From: Acidobacteriota bacterium
GTDB taxonomy: Bacteria > Acidobacteriota > Polarisedimenticolia > Gp22-AA2
Length of the DNA: 58,912 bases
Direction of reading: 5' to 3'
Assembly (NCBI GenBank): GCA_041486695.1
Contig: JBGPLZ010000001.1
Coordinates: 1 to 58,912, forward strand
Of the stretch, positions 34,310-44,255 are shown piece after piece. Under the pieces are notes generated by a model. That model was not told the DNA's origin, searched no databases, and saw only the letters and a program-made list of their open reading frames with translations. Both the position numbers and the translations under genes were made by a program. Every line of letters starts with the position of its first letter. Position 1 is the stretch's first letter.

Positions 34310-35059
34310 TCAGAGCGCGAGGTTCCAGCGGCGCACCTCGTCGAGGACCCTGTGGTTCGTCAGATCCAGATGCAGCGGAGTCACCGACACGTATCCTTCG
34401 GCGACAGCCGCGAAATCGCTGCCCGGGTCATTTTCCCATTCGGCGGACGCGCCACCGATCCAGTAATACTTCCGTCCCTTGGGGTCGATCCGCTCGATGA
34501 CCCCCCCCGGATAGAGCCGTTTCCCCTGCCGCGTGACGCGGACCCCGCGCGCCGCCCCGGCCGGAACGTTCACGTTGAGGAGCGTGTCGGGCGGCAGAGC
34601 GTGCTCGAGGATCTGACGCGCGAGGGTGCGCGCGAAACGGCCCGCCGCGGTGACATCGGACGCCACATCCCCGGTCTGCTGCGAGATGGCGAAGGCCGGC
34701 ACGCCGATGAGCGTCGCTTCGAAGGCTGCGGACACCGTGCCCGAATAGGTGATGTCGTCCCCGAGGTTGTAGCCGCGGTTGATGCCGCTCACGACGAGAA
34801 CCGGTCGGGTCTCGAGAATGCTGTGAACACCGAGGTAGATGCAATCGGTCGGCGTCCCCTGCACTGCGAACTGCCGGGGCCCGCGCCGCTCGAACCGCAG
34901 CGGATGGTTCAGCGTCAGGGCGTGCCCCTGGCCGCTCTGCTCCCGGTCCGGGGCGATGACCCAGACGGTGCCGAGCTCACCCAGGCTCTCCTCCAGCATC
35001 CCGAGCCCATCGGCGCCGAAGCCGTCGTCATTGGTAATCAGGATCGGTCCGGCACTCAT
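34310..35059 (-). CDS. surE: 5'/3'-nucleotidase SurE
   Basis: ILITNDDG, APDREQSG, GTPTDC, SGINRGYN, YSGTVSAA, SVTPL; start re-called at ATG 35059. Confidence 0.96.
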   Translation of the reverse strand: MSAGPILITNDDGFGADGLGMLEESLGELGTVWVIAPDREQSGQGHALTLNHPLRFERRGPRQFAVQGTPTDCIYLGVHSILETRPVLVVSGINRGYNLGDDITYSGTVSAAFEATLIGVPAFAISQQTGDVASDVTAAGRFARTLARQILEHALPPDTLLNVNVPAGAARGVRVTRQGKRLYPGGVIERIDPKGRKYYWIGGASAEWENDPGSDFAAVAEGYVSVTPLHLDLTNHRVLDEVRRWNLAL

Positions 35060-35116
35060 GGAGCCGCCCCTCCGGGCCCGCGATCGTGCAGTGTCCGGTG
35101 ACGGACGAGAGTGGAT

Positions 35117-35193
35117 TGGTCGGGGCGACTGGATTTGAACCAGCGACCACCTGCACCCCAAGCAGGTGCGCTACCAGGCTGCGCTACGCCCCG
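35117..35193 (-). tRNA. tRNA-Pro (anticodon GGG)
   Basis: CGGGGCGTAGCGCAGCCTGGTAGCGCA-CCTGC-TTGGGGT-GCAGG...GGTTCAAATCC...CGCCCCGACCA; 77 nt. Confidence 0.96.
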
Positions 35194-35237
35194 AGGCCCG
35201 AACCCGATCGACACAGGCTCACGCCAATCGGCCCTTC

Positions 35238-35267
35238 CTTGTAGCATCCTGCGAGGACTCCCGTCAA
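35238..35267 (-). promoter_or_regulatory. Possible promoter for tRNA-Pro(GGG)-surE
   Basis: TTGACG, 18 nt, TGn-TACAAG. Confidence 0.4.
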
Positions 35268-35445
35268 GGTTTCTCGGAACTGTTCAAGACATTGTTCGCG
35301 TCGGAAGATGGCTTGCGGGCAGGACAAAATGGGGCCAGAGCGAGGCCTCAGGAACATGGACAGGGTCAAGAGCTTGACGGTCCCCTGACAAAAATCAGGA
35401 TGATTGATATGAGCGCGCAAATCCATATATTGAACCGGGATCGTC

Positions 35446-36042
35446 ATGCGGCTCAACTTCTTAAAGGGCCAATCGTTGCAGACCCGGATCCTGGGTGTCG
35501 TTCTCGTGAGCATGACGCTCGTCGCCCTCCCATGGGCCGATGAGCCGGCCGGGACCCCTTCGATCGAGCATCAAGTCAAAATCGCCTTCCTCTACAACTT
35601 CGTCAAATTCGTCGACTAGCCGGCGGACGTATTCCACGATGCCACGAGCCCGCTGATTCTTGGGGTCCTGGGCAACGACGGTTTCTGCCGCGAGATCGAG
35701 CAGTCACTCCAGGGCAAGATCGTCAACGGACGCCGTCTCGTCGTGCGTCGGCCCCGTCCCGCCGACTCCCTGACCGGGTTCGAGGTCCTCTTCATCAGCC
35801 CGTCGCAGCCGGACTTCCATCGCGTCCTCGCCGGTCTCGGAAGTTCACCGGTCCTCACGGTCGGCGACGCCGAAGATTTCGCCCGGCTGGGCGGAATGAT
35901 CAACTTCAGGGTGGAGGAGAACAAGGTCCGATTCGAGATCAACCCGGCGGCCGCCACGCGTGCCGGCCTGCGGATCAGTTCCCGTCTTCTCGGCGTCGCC
36001 CGTGTGATCCAGGGCGGAGACTCTCCGGAGGGACGCCCATGA
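35446..36042 (+). pseudogene. YfiR/HmsC (DUF4154) family periplasmic regulator with an in-frame TAG at 35617-35619
   Basis: Hand translation from ATG 35446: signal-like N-terminus, EHQVKIAFLYNFVKFVD*P (family motif F.KFV.WP), then in frame LTVGDAEDFA..GGMINF..EENKVRFEIN..A..RAGLRISSRLL; ATGA overlap with the kinase. Confidence 0.85.
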
Positions 36043-38012
36043 GCCTCCTGCGTCGGGTCCCTTTCCGGCATCGGGTGACGCTTATCTTGATGCTGATCAG
36101 CGGATGTGCGCTGCTGGTCGCCTGCTGTGCGTTCGTCGTCTATGATGTCGTCACGTTCCGGCAGCAGATGGCCGTCGATCTCCACACCCTCGCCGAGATC
36201 ATCGGCGACAACTGCACCGCGGCTCTCGCATTCAACGATCGACGCGTTGCCGAAGAGGTTCTCGGCGCCCTGAGGGCCAAGCCGAACATCATCTCGGCCG
36301 ATCTATTCGGTCGAAAGGGCCAGCCCTTCGCCGGCTACCCTGCCGGTCACCTGCCGGTCGCCGATCGGAGTTCCGTCGGCCTGGACGACACGACCCGATT
36401 TGAATCCGCCACGCTTATTCTTGCCCATCCGATCGTCCTCGACGGCGAGCCCGCGGGACGGCTCGTGCTGCGGTCGAATCTTGCCGACCTGGACCACCGG
36501 CTGCGCCGCCACGGGGCGACGATCGGCGCAGTGCTCCTGGGCTGCATGCTTTTCACGTTCCTGCTCTCCTGGCGGCTGCAGGCGCTGGTCTCGCGTCCCA
36601 TCGTCGAACTGGCCGATACGGCCCGCACAGTGTCCGCGAACGAGGATTATTCGGTGCGGGCCCTGTATGAGGGCAACGACGAAGTGGCGGACCTCACCCG
36701 CTCGTTCAACGAGATGCTGTCCCAGATCCAGGGGCGCGATCGAGCGCTCCAGCAGGCCCACGATGAGCTCGAGGTCAGGGTCGAAGAGCGAACCCGGCAG
36801 CTGCGCCAGGAGATTACCGAGCGTCAGCAAACCGAGCAGGCGCTGCGCTCCAGCGAGGAAGAGCTCCGCCAGTCCCAGAAAATGGAGGCGGTCGGGCGTC
36901 TGGCGGGCGGCATCGCGCACGATTTCAACAATCTTCTCACCGTCATCACGGGATACGGGCAGATCCTCCTGGCCCGGCTGCCGGAGGGCGATACGCTGCG
37001 CACTCCGGCCGAGGAGATCGGTCGGGCCAGCGCGCGGGCCGCGTCGCTCACGCGGCAGCTCCTGGCGTTCAGTCGCAAGCAGCTTCTCGAGCCAAAGGTC
37101 ATTGAGATCAATACGCTCGTTGCCAACGTCGAACTGATGCTCCGCCGCTTGATTGGCGAGGATATCCAGCTGATCAGCGACCTCGATCCGCGCTCCGGCT
37201 GGGTGAAGGCCGATCCCGGCCAGATCGAGCAGGTCCTGGTGAATCTTGCGGTCAATTCGCGCGACGCGATGCCTCAGGGTGGGCGGTTGACGATCGCCAC
37301 GGGCTCGCGGGCGATCGGGCCGTCCGAGGCCAGCCCGAATCTCGGGCTCCCGGCGGGGGCCTATGTACTCATACGGGTGACCGACACCGGAATGGGGATG
37401 AGCGACGACCTCCAATCGCGGATCTTCGAGCCGTTCTTCACGACGAAGGAAAAGGGCAAGGGCACCGGGCTCGGGCTGTCCACGGTCTATGGAATCGTCA
37501 AACAGAGCGGGGGGATGATCGAAGTCGAGAGCGCTCCCGGCCGCGGCGCGACCTTCCGGATCCTGCTGCCTCAAATCGAAGGGACTCCTGAGCCCGTTCT
37601 CGGCATCGCCGCCACGGGCGTGGTCACCGGCGGCTCCGAGACCATTCTGCTGGTCGAGGACGAGGACATGGTGCGCGCTCTGGCGAAGGACATTCTCAAG
37701 ATGAATGGGTACAAAGTCCTCGAGGCGGCGCACGGGAACGCCGCGCTCGATCTGAGCCGGGCCTACGATGGTCCGATCGCCCTGATGCTCACCGACGTGG
37801 TCATGCCTTCGATGAACGGGCACGAGCTTTACGAACGCCTGGCGCCGCTGCGGCCCGGGATTAAAGTCCTCTACATGTCGGGCTATGCCGAGAGCGGGAT
37901 CGTGCACGATGGTGCCATCGATCCGGGCACGGCGTTCATCTCGAAACCTTTCACGCCCGACGCCCTGGCGGCTCGGGTGCGGCAGATCCTCGATCGGGCC
38001 GGAAACAACTGA
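36039..38012 (+). CDS. Hybrid sensor histidine kinase (periplasmic sensor, HAMP, HisKA, HATPase, receiver; CckA-like)
   Basis: Two TM helices, DEVADL..SFNEML HAMP, GIAHDFNNLL, NLAVNSRDAM, FEPFFTTK..GKGTGLGL, receiver LLVEDE/TDVVMP/KPF. Confidence 0.93.
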   Translation: MSLLRRVPFRHRVTLILMLISGCALLVACCAFVVYDVVTFRQQMAVDLHTLAEIIGDNCTAALAFNDRRVAEEVLGALRAKPNIISADLFGRKGQPFAGYPAGHLPVADRSSVGLDDTTRFESATLILAHPIVLDGEPAGRLVLRSNLADLDHRLRRHGATIGAVLLGCMLFTFLLSWRLQALVSRPIVELADTARTVSANEDYSVRALYEGNDEVADLTRSFNEMLSQIQGRDRALQQAHDELEVRVEERTRQLRQEITERQQTEQALRSSEEELRQSQKMEAVGRLAGGIAHDFNNLLTVITGYGQILLARLPEGDTLRTPAEEIGRASARAASLTRQLLAFSRKQLLEPKVIEINTLVANVELMLRRLIGEDIQLISDLDPRSGWVKADPGQIEQVLVNLAVNSRDAMPQGGRLTIATGSRAIGPSEASPNLGLPAGAYVLIRVTDTGMGMSDDLQSRIFEPFFTTKEKGKGTGLGLSTVYGIVKQSGGMIEVESAPGRGATFRILLPQIEGTPEPVLGIAATGVVTGGSETILLVEDEDMVRALAKDILKMNGYKVLEAAHGNAALDLSRAYDGPIALMLTDVVMPSMNGHELYERLAPLRPGIKVLYMSGYAESGIVHDGAIDPGTAFISKPFTPDALAARVRQILDRAGNN

Positions 38013-38057
38013 GGCGGATGGTTCCGCCTTCTCGCGAACGCCGGCCATCAATGCGCG

Positions 38058-38087
38058 TTGCCGTGCTCCCTCGCCAGACGCTATAAT
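38058..38087 (+). promoter_or_regulatory. Sigma-70 promoter for tdh-kbl
   Basis: TTGCCG, 18 nt, TATAAT. Confidence 0.55.
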
Positions 38088-38165
38088 CCGCCCCGCTTCG
38101 CGACCCGCGTCAGTCGTCGCCTCGTTTCACTCCGCGGTCGCCCCGTTCGGACATGAGGTACCCTG

Positions 38166-39347
38166 ATGAAGGCGATACGGAAGGTCGCTCCCCGGCCGGG
38201 AGCGCTCGAGCTTGCCGACGTTCCCACGCCCCCATGCGGGGCCGGGGAGATTCTGGTGCGCGTTCAGGCGGCGTCTCTGTGCGGCACCGACGCCCACATC
38301 TACAGCTGGGATGGATCCATCAGGGACAAGATGCTCGCGGCCACCGACGGCTTCGCGCGACCGCTCATCGTGGGCCACGAGTTCTGCGGCGAAGTGGTGG
38401 AGGTCGGGCGCGACGTGCGGGGCGTGGGTGAAGGAGCCGCCGAGCCGATCCGGCCGGGCGCCTTCATTTCGGCCGAGTCGCACATCGTCTGCGGGGTGTG
38501 CACCCAGTGCCGGCACGGTGAATTCCACGTCTGCACCCGTGAAACGATCATCGGCGTTCAGCGGGATGGCGGCTTCGCCGAGTATGTCGCGCTCCCGGCA
38601 GGGTGTGCGTGGATCAACGATCCGAGCGTCGTGCCCGTCGAGGTGGCCTGCATCGAGGAGCCGTTCGGGAACGCCGTGCACGCCGCCACCGAGGCCGGGG
38701 TGCGCGATCATTCCGTGGTGATCTTCGGCGCTGGTCCGATCGGCCTGTTCTCGGTGATCGTCGCAGCGGCCGAGGGCGCCGCCCGTATCGTCGTCGTGGA
38801 CGCAGCGCCCTACCGGCTTGATCTCGCGACGCGGGTCGGCGCGGACGTCGTCCTCCGGACCGCGCCCGCGCCCGCAGGAAACCCGGCGGCGCGGCGCGCT
38901 GAGCGCGAGCGGCTGGCAGGGCTCATTCGCGACGCCGTGGCCCCCGGGGACGTCGATCGCGTCATGGAGATGAGCGGCCACCCCGACGCCATCGACACGG
39001 CACTGCGGGCCGTACGACGCGGCGGGACGATCGTCTTGTTCGGGCTCCCCAAGCAGACGGCCATCACCTTCGAGCGCTATGCAGAGGACGTGATCTTCGG
39101 AGGCGTCACCCTGAAGGGCATCATCGGCCGCCGCCTCTACGCCACCTGGGTCAAGACGCGTGAGCTGACAGCTCGACCCGAGGTGCGCGCCAAGATCCGC
39201 ACCATCATCACGCACGCGTTCCCGCTGGAGCGCTACGAGGAGGCCTATCGTCAAATGATCGGGCTGGAGAGCGGAAAGGTGATCCTGCGCGTCGCTCAGG
39301 ATTCCATGAGGCCGGGCCCGTCCACCCTGCCGTACCACCCACCATGA
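38166..39347 (+). CDS. tdh: L-threonine 3-dehydrogenase (Zn-dependent MDR)
   Basis: CGTDAHIY, GHEFCGEV, ESHIVCGVCTQC...HVC, EPFGNAVH, GAGPIG, EMSG; coupled to kbl. Confidence 0.88.
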   Translation: MKAIRKVAPRPGALELADVPTPPCGAGEILVRVQAASLCGTDAHIYSWDGSIRDKMLAATDGFARPLIVGHEFCGEVVEVGRDVRGVGEGAAEPIRPGAFISAESHIVCGVCTQCRHGEFHVCTRETIIGVQRDGGFAEYVALPAGCAWINDPSVVPVEVACIEEPFGNAVHAATEAGVRDHSVVIFGAGPIGLFSVIVAAAEGAARIVVVDAAPYRLDLATRVGADVVLRTAPAPAGNPAARRAERERLAGLIRDAVAPGDVDRVMEMSGHPDAIDTALRAVRRGGTIVLFGLPKQTAITFERYAEDVIFGGVTLKGIIGRRLYATWVKTRELTARPEVRAKIRTIITHAFPLERYEEAYRQMIGLESGKVILRVAQDSMRPGPSTLPYHPP

Positions 39348-40531
39348 ATCCGAGATTGCAGAGTTTCCTCCAGGCCGAGATCGATTCCCTCAAAACGAGG
39401 GGCATCTTCCGCATGCCGCGGGTCCTGCAGGGGCCCGCCTTGCCGAGAGTCCGGATCGACGGCCGCGACATCATCCAGCTCTCGTCCAACAACTACCTCG
39501 GGCTGACCACCCACCCGAGGGTCGTGGACGCTGCCAAGCGCGCCATCGACGAGTTCGGCGCGGGACCGGGCGCGGTGCGCAGCATCGCCGGCACCATGAC
39601 CCTGCACCTGGAGCTCGAGCGCCGCCTGGCCCGCTTCAAAGGCACCGAGGCGGCGCTGGTGTTCCAGTCGGGCTATACGGCCAACGTGGGAGTGGTCTCC
39701 ACCCTCATGCAGGAGGGCGATCTGATTGTCTCCGACGAGCTGAACCACGCCAGCATCATCGACGGCTGCCGGCTCTGCAAAGCCGAGCGGGCCATCTACC
39801 GGCACCTCGACTATGGTCACCTCCAGGACATCCTCAAGGCGGCCCGATCCGGCAAGGCAGAAAAGATCCTGGTGGTCGCGGACGGCGTCTTTTCAATGGA
39901 TGGAGACGTATCGGACCTCAAGGCCATCGCCAATCTGTGCGAGGAATTCGACGCCATCCCGATGGTGGACGATGCCCACGCCACGGGAGTCATGGGGCGC
40001 GATGGGCGTGGCACGGTCGATCACTGCGGCGTGAAGGATCGCTGGGACATCCAGATCGGGACCATGTCCAAGGCCTTCGGGGTCATGGGCGGTTATGTCT
40101 GCTGCCCCGCACAGCTCATGGAGTTCTACGTCCACAAGGCCCGGCCATTCCTGTTCTCCTCGGCGCATCCTCCGGCCGTCATCGCCGCCTGCATCGCGGC
40201 CGTCGACGTCCTGGAAACCGAGCCGCAGTGGGTGACGCGCCTCTGGGAGAACACGCGCTTCTTCAAGGATGGTCTGCGGCGCCTGGGCTTCAACACGGGC
40301 GCTTCGGTGACGCCGATCACACCGGTCATCATCGGATCGGGAGCCAAGGCCGCCCGGTTCTCCGACGATCTCTTCGTCCGCGGTGTCTTCGCGCAGGGCA
40401 TTTTCTTCCCGATGGTCGCCGAGGAGAAATCGCGGGTGAGGACGATCGTGATGGCGACCCACAGCCGCGACGATCTGACCGAGGCGCTCCAGGCTTTCGA
40501 GGAGGTCGGGCGGCGCCTCGGGGTGATCTGA
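39344..40531 (+). CDS. kbl: Glycine C-acetyltransferase (2-amino-3-ketobutyrate CoA ligase; AONS family)
   Basis: [51 protein letters not shown]; paired with tdh. Confidence 0.88.
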   Translation: MNPRLQSFLQAEIDSLKTRGIFRMPRVLQGPALPRVRIDGRDIIQLSSNNYLGLTTHPRVVDAAKRAIDEFGAGPGAVRSIAGTMTLHLELERRLARFKGTEAALVFQSGYTANVGVVSTLMQEGDLIVSDELNHASIIDGCRLCKAERAIYRHLDYGHLQDILKAARSGKAEKILVVADGVFSMDGDVSDLKAIANLCEEFDAIPMVDDAHATGVMGRDGRGTVDHCGVKDRWDIQIGTMSKAFGVMGGYVCCPAQLMEFYVHKARPFLFSSAHPPAVIAACIAAVDVLETEPQWVTRLWENTRFFKDGLRRLGFNTGASVTPITPVIIGSGAKAARFSDDLFVRGVFAQGIFFPMVAEEKSRVRTIVMATHSRDDLTEALQAFEEVGRRLGVI

Positions 40532-40564
40532 CGGCGCGGCGCGCGCCGCCCGTACGGCGTCGGA

Positions 40565-40975
40565 TCAGCCTCGCCGCTTGAGCCGGTATCCCGCCAGCCG
40601 GGAGTCGGTGGAGTCCATGACGCGGAGAATCTCGCGCAGGTCATCCCCGAGCGAACGCATGGTCACTTTTTCGGGGGAGGTCGCAGCGGACGAAGGTCTG
40701 TCGAAGAGATCCTCCAACTCGTTCGTCCCCTCCGGCATGCCCAGCTTCTTGCGAGCCCCGGCGATCGTGAACCCCTCCTGATAGAGCAGCTGCTTGATCT
40801 CCAGGACAAGATCGATATCTTTGCGGCGGTAGAGGCGTTGCCCCGACCGGCTCTTGGTCGGCGCCAGCTGCGGGAACTCCGACTCCCAGAAGCGCAGCAC
40901 ATAGGGCTGCGTGCCCGTGAACTCGCACACCTCGCCGATCTTGTAAAAGATCTTGCGCGGGATCTCCTCGGACAT
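40565..40975 (-). CDS. MerR-family transcriptional regulator (ihfA-associated type)
   Basis: [12 protein letters not shown]...[25 protein letters not shown]...[16 protein letters not shown]. Confidence 0.92.
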   Translation of the reverse strand: MSEEIPRKIFYKIGEVCEFTGTQPYVLRFWESEFPQLAPTKSRSGQRLYRRKDIDLVLEIKQLLYQEGFTIAGARKKLGMPEGTNELEDLFDRPSSAATSPEKVTMRSLGDDLREILRVMDSTDSRLAGYRLKRRG

Positions 40976-40981
40976 CCTGTC

Positions 40982-41281
40982 TCACCCCCGAGACGGCGTA
41001 CGGTTCAGACCCTGGACGACCAGGCGGGATGGCCGGAACGAGAGGCGGCGGCGGGCCGCGATCTGCACCGGCTCACCGGAACGCGGATTGCGTCCGAGGC
41101 GAGGTCGCCGCGTTTTGATCGTGAAGCTGCCGAACCCGCTGATCAGGACGGGCCGGCCGTCGGCCAGTGCGATGCGGATGCGATCGAAAATCGCGCCCAC
41201 GATCACGATCGACTCGCGGCGCGACAAGCCGCCGTGAACCTCGTAGACCGCCTCCGCCAAGTCGGCTTTCGCTGTGCCCAT
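40982..41281 (-). CDS. Integration host factor alpha-like (HU/IHF family)
   Basis: KADL, ISGFGSF, RLGRNPRSGE, FRPS; start re-called at ATG 41281. Confidence 0.9.
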   Translation of the reverse strand: MGTAKADLAEAVYEVHGGLSRRESIVIVGAIFDRIRIALADGRPVLISGFGSFTIKTRRPRLGRNPRSGEPVQIAARRRLSFRPSRLVVQGLNRTPSRG

Positions 41282-41317
41282 CAATCCTCGCCACGCCAAG
41301 CCGCGCAAAGTGAAAGT

Positions 41318-41346
41318 ATCGTAGGAGAGACCGGTTCGTATGTCAA
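41318..41346 (-). promoter_or_regulatory. Sigma-70 promoter for ihfA-merR
   Basis: TTGACA, 17 nt, TACGAT. Confidence 0.7.
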
Positions 41347-41384
41347 GGTGACGACTGACGATTCGGCCACCGCGCCCGCTCCGG

Positions 41385-41741
41385 TCAGGGGACGTTCGAT
41401 CCCGCTCGACCGTAGCGATCCTGGAGCCGCACGACATCATCGAGCTCGGGAGTGCTCGCCTCGACCACGGTGCAATCTTCGAGGGCGATCATCTGGTGCC
41501 TGGTGCCCGGCGGCAGATGCTGCGCCGCTCCCGCCGAAAGGACGCGCTCCTCCATGCGCCCCTTCACGTCTAGGAGGAGCCTCAGCGAGCCCGCGTGGAG
41601 ATAGATCGTCTCGTCCTTCTTCGTGTGGTACTGCAGGCTGAGTGATTCACCTTTGCGGATCATCAGGATCTTGCCCGCATAACGATCGGTGTGCGCGAAG
41701 ATGATCTCTTCGCCCCACGGCTTCGGCACCCTTCGAATCAT
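41385..41741 (-). CDS. Cupin domain protein (mannose-6-phosphate isomerase C-terminal-like)
   Basis: KPWGEE, SLSLQYH..KDET, PPGTRHQM, STPELDDVVRLQDRYGR; ATGA overlap with ptsI. Confidence 0.85.
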   Translation of the reverse strand: MIRRVPKPWGEEIIFAHTDRYAGKILMIRKGESLSLQYHTKKDETIYLHAGSLRLLLDVKGRMEERVLSAGAAQHLPPGTRHQMIALEDCTVVEASTPELDDVVRLQDRYGRAGSNVP

Positions 41742-43540
41742 CGTCGTGGCTCCACCAGGGGGCAGGCGAACTCGGCCGGCAAGAGGGAGAGAATCCGCCC
41801 GCGTATGAATTCTTCGATTTCGGTCGCGGTAGCGAGCCCCATCGCTTCGTCGACCATGGCGCGTGCCGCCCGGAGGCTCACCTGACGGATCAGCTGCTTG
41901 ACGGCGGGGAGCGAGCCGGGCCCCATGCTCAGCTCGGTGACCCCGAGCCCCACGAGCGCGATCGCCGAGATCGGATCGCCAGCCATCTCGCCGCAGACGG
42001 AGAGCCGCCGCCCGTGGCGTGCCGCGACCTCGATCACATGTCGGATCAACTGAAGAATCGCAGGATGCAGCGGCTCGTAAAGGTAGGCGACGGCTTCGGT
42101 GGCGCGATCGACGGCCAGGGCGTACTGAATGAGATCGTTCGTGCCGATCGAAACGAAGTCCACTTCCGGAACCAGACGATCGGCGATCAGCGCCGCCGAC
42201 GGCACCTCGATCATAATGCCGATCGGAACCTCGGCCACCTCGGCGGCCTGCCCGCGCGCCAGGTCACGGCGCACCTCCTCGATCAGGGCTTTGGCCTGCA
42301 GCACCTCCTCCAGGCGCCCCACCATCGGGAGGAGCAGACGAACCTTGCCGTAGGCGGCGGCCCGGAAGATGGCGCGAAGCTGGACACGGAACAGATCAGG
42401 GCGGGACAGCGCGAGGCGAATCCCTCGCAGCCCGAGCGCCGAGCCGGGACCGTTTCTCCCGGCCAGGCCCCCCGCGCGCACCTTGTCGGCCCCGAGATCC
42501 AGAGTGCGAATTACCAGCTCGTGCGGTCGGGCCTGCTCCGCCATCTCACGGTAGGTCGCATATTGACGCTCCTCGGACGAGTGCGCCGAAGCATCATTCA
42601 GGTAAAGAAACTCCGACCGGTAGAGCCCGATCCCTTCCGCGCCGTGCCGCCGGGCCATCGCCATTTCCTGCGGCAGATCGATGTTCGCCAGCAATTGGAC
42701 ACGCAACCCGTCGGGCGTTGCGGCAGGGAGGTCCGCAAGCGCCTGCAGATCACGCTCCCGCTCCGCCAATCGATCCCGTCGGTCCCGCCACGCGGCCAGC
42801 TCTGGTTCCGACGGAGAATGTGCCAGGACGCCATCGCTGCCATCGAGGACCACGTGGTCACCCGTCCGGATCCTGGCGCTCGCTCCGTGAAGCCCGACGA
42901 CCGCCGGAACGCCGAGGCCGGCAGCGAGGATCGCGGTATGGGACGTGCGGCCGCCTCCCTCGATCGCCAGTCCGATGACGTGCCGTCGATCGAGTCCGGC
43001 GGCAGCGGAGGGTGATAACGAGGCGCAGATCAGGATGACATCCTCGCGCCGGCCGGCAAGGTCTTCCGGTCGCCGCCGGCCAGCGAGAATCGACTGAACC
43101 CGCGCCTCCACGTCCTCGATGTCGCCGTCTCTATCCCGGAGCTCCGCATCCTCGATCTGAGCGAAGACCTCCCGGAAGCGGGACAGCACGGAACGGAAAG
43201 CCCACCCGGCGTTGACCTGCTCTGCGCGGATGCGGGCGACTGTCTCCTTCAGCAGGGCCCGATCCTTGAGGATCAGTACCTGCGCCTCGAAGATCCTGGC
43301 GCAGGCTTCGCCCGCCTCTCGACGCACCCGAGTCCGCAATGCCCGGAGCTGCCGGATCCCCTCACCGACCGCCTCCCGGAAGCGCGTCACCTCGTCGGCC
43401 ACACGGGCAGGATCGATCGCGCCACGGGCGACCTCGATGCCCGGGCCTTGGAGGACGAGGGCCGGACCGATCGCCACGCCGGGCGACACTCCAAGCCCCC
43501 GCAGGGTCTCCCCGCCCGTGATTCCCGGCACCGGCGTCAC
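41738..43540 (-). CDS. ptsI: PTS Enzyme I
   Basis: GVSPGVAIG, GGRTSHTAIL (phospho-His), GIGLYRSEFL, RTLDLG, LGLRGIR, SIGTNDLIQY, CGEMAGDP. Confidence 0.95.
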   Translation of the reverse strand: MTPVPGITGGETLRGLGVSPGVAIGPALVLQGPGIEVARGAIDPARVADEVTRFREAVGEGIRQLRALRTRVRREAGEACARIFEAQVLILKDRALLKETVARIRAEQVNAGWAFRSVLSRFREVFAQIEDAELRDRDGDIEDVEARVQSILAGRRRPEDLAGRREDVILICASLSPSAAAGLDRRHVIGLAIEGGGRTSHTAILAAGLGVPAVVGLHGASARIRTGDHVVLDGSDGVLAHSPSEPELAAWRDRRDRLAERERDLQALADLPAATPDGLRVQLLANIDLPQEMAMARRHGAEGIGLYRSEFLYLNDASAHSSEERQYATYREMAEQARPHELVIRTLDLGADKVRAGGLAGRNGPGSALGLRGIRLALSRPDLFRVQLRAIFRAAAYGKVRLLLPMVGRLEEVLQAKALIEEVRRDLARGQAAEVAEVPIGIMIEVPSAALIADRLVPEVDFVSIGTNDLIQYALAVDRATEAVAYLYEPLHPAILQLIRHVIEVAARHGRRLSVCGEMAGDPISAIALVGLGVTELSMGPGSLPAVKQLIRQVSLRAARAMVDEAMGLATATEIEEFIRGRILSLLPAEFACPLVEPRR

Positions 43541-43806
43541 GCGTCTTCTCCAAAACGGGACGCGACGAGGTCGCAGAGCGCCTGCAGGGCGTCCTGCTCA
43601 TCGGCCCCTTCCGCCGCGATCGTCAGCCGGGTGCCCTGCCGCCCCAAGAGCGCGAGGAGCCCGAGGATCGATTTCCCATCGGCGGTGTGCCCCTCGTGCG
43701 AGACCTCGATGTGGCTTCGGAAGCGGCCGGCCATCTGCACGAAGCGAGCCGCCGCGCGGGCGTGCAGACCGAGCGCGTTGACGATGGTCACCTCCTGGCG
43801 GATCAA
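43537..43806 (-). CDS. ptsH: Phosphocarrier protein HPr
   Basis: NALGLHARAA (His15) and DGKSILG (Ser46); TTG start. Confidence 0.93.
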   Translation of the reverse strand: MIRQEVTIVNALGLHARAAARFVQMAGRFRSHIEVSHEGHTADGKSILGLLALLGRQGTRLTIAAEGADEQDALQALCDLVASRFGEDA

Positions 43807-44255
43807 TCCGCCCCCCCGGTAGGATCCGGGTGCGCCTCGAGATACTCGGTCGCCAGGGTGATCGCCCGCCGCCCCTGGTCGCGGAGCATCGCCGCCGCCT
43901 CCTTGAGCGTCACGTGCGGGTCGAGATTGGCGAACTTGACCAGCATCGGCAGGTTCACGCCCGTGACGATCTCGATGCCGGGCCCCAGAAACGAGAGAGC
44001 CAGGTTGGTCGCCGTGCCGCCGAACATGTCGGTCAGGATGAGAATGCCTCCGTCCCCTCCAACCTCCTCGAGGGCCCGCTGAAGGGCGGTGCGCGCCTGT
44101 GCGAGGTCATCGTCCCAGCCGATCGACAGAGCCCGCACCCTCGGGGTCGCCGGGGTGACGATACGGGCCAGGGCCAGGGCCAGCTCAAACGCCAGGCCGC
44201 CATGTGTCACGACCAGCAGGCCCGGCTGGCCGGGCGAACCTTGCGCGTCGCTCAT
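43803..44255 (-). CDS. PTS EIIA component, mannose/fructose family
   Basis: LVVTHGGLA, LTDMFGGT, GVNLPML; start re-called at ATG 44255. Confidence 0.9.
   Translation of the reverse strand: MSDAQGSPGQPGLLVVTHGGLAFELALALARIVTPATPRVRALSIGWDDDLAQARTALQRALEEVGGDGGILILTDMFGGTATNLALSFLGPGIEIVTGVNLPMLVKFANLDPHVTLKEAAAMLRDQGRRAITLATEYLEAHPDPTGGAD

Noticed and set aside
35617-35619. TAG recoding (pyrrolysine or alternative genetic code) in yfiR
   Set aside because: TAG is an ordinary stop in ssb, fabF and the GAPDH-like gene; the site is a Trp codon one substitution away; no pyl genes are seen.
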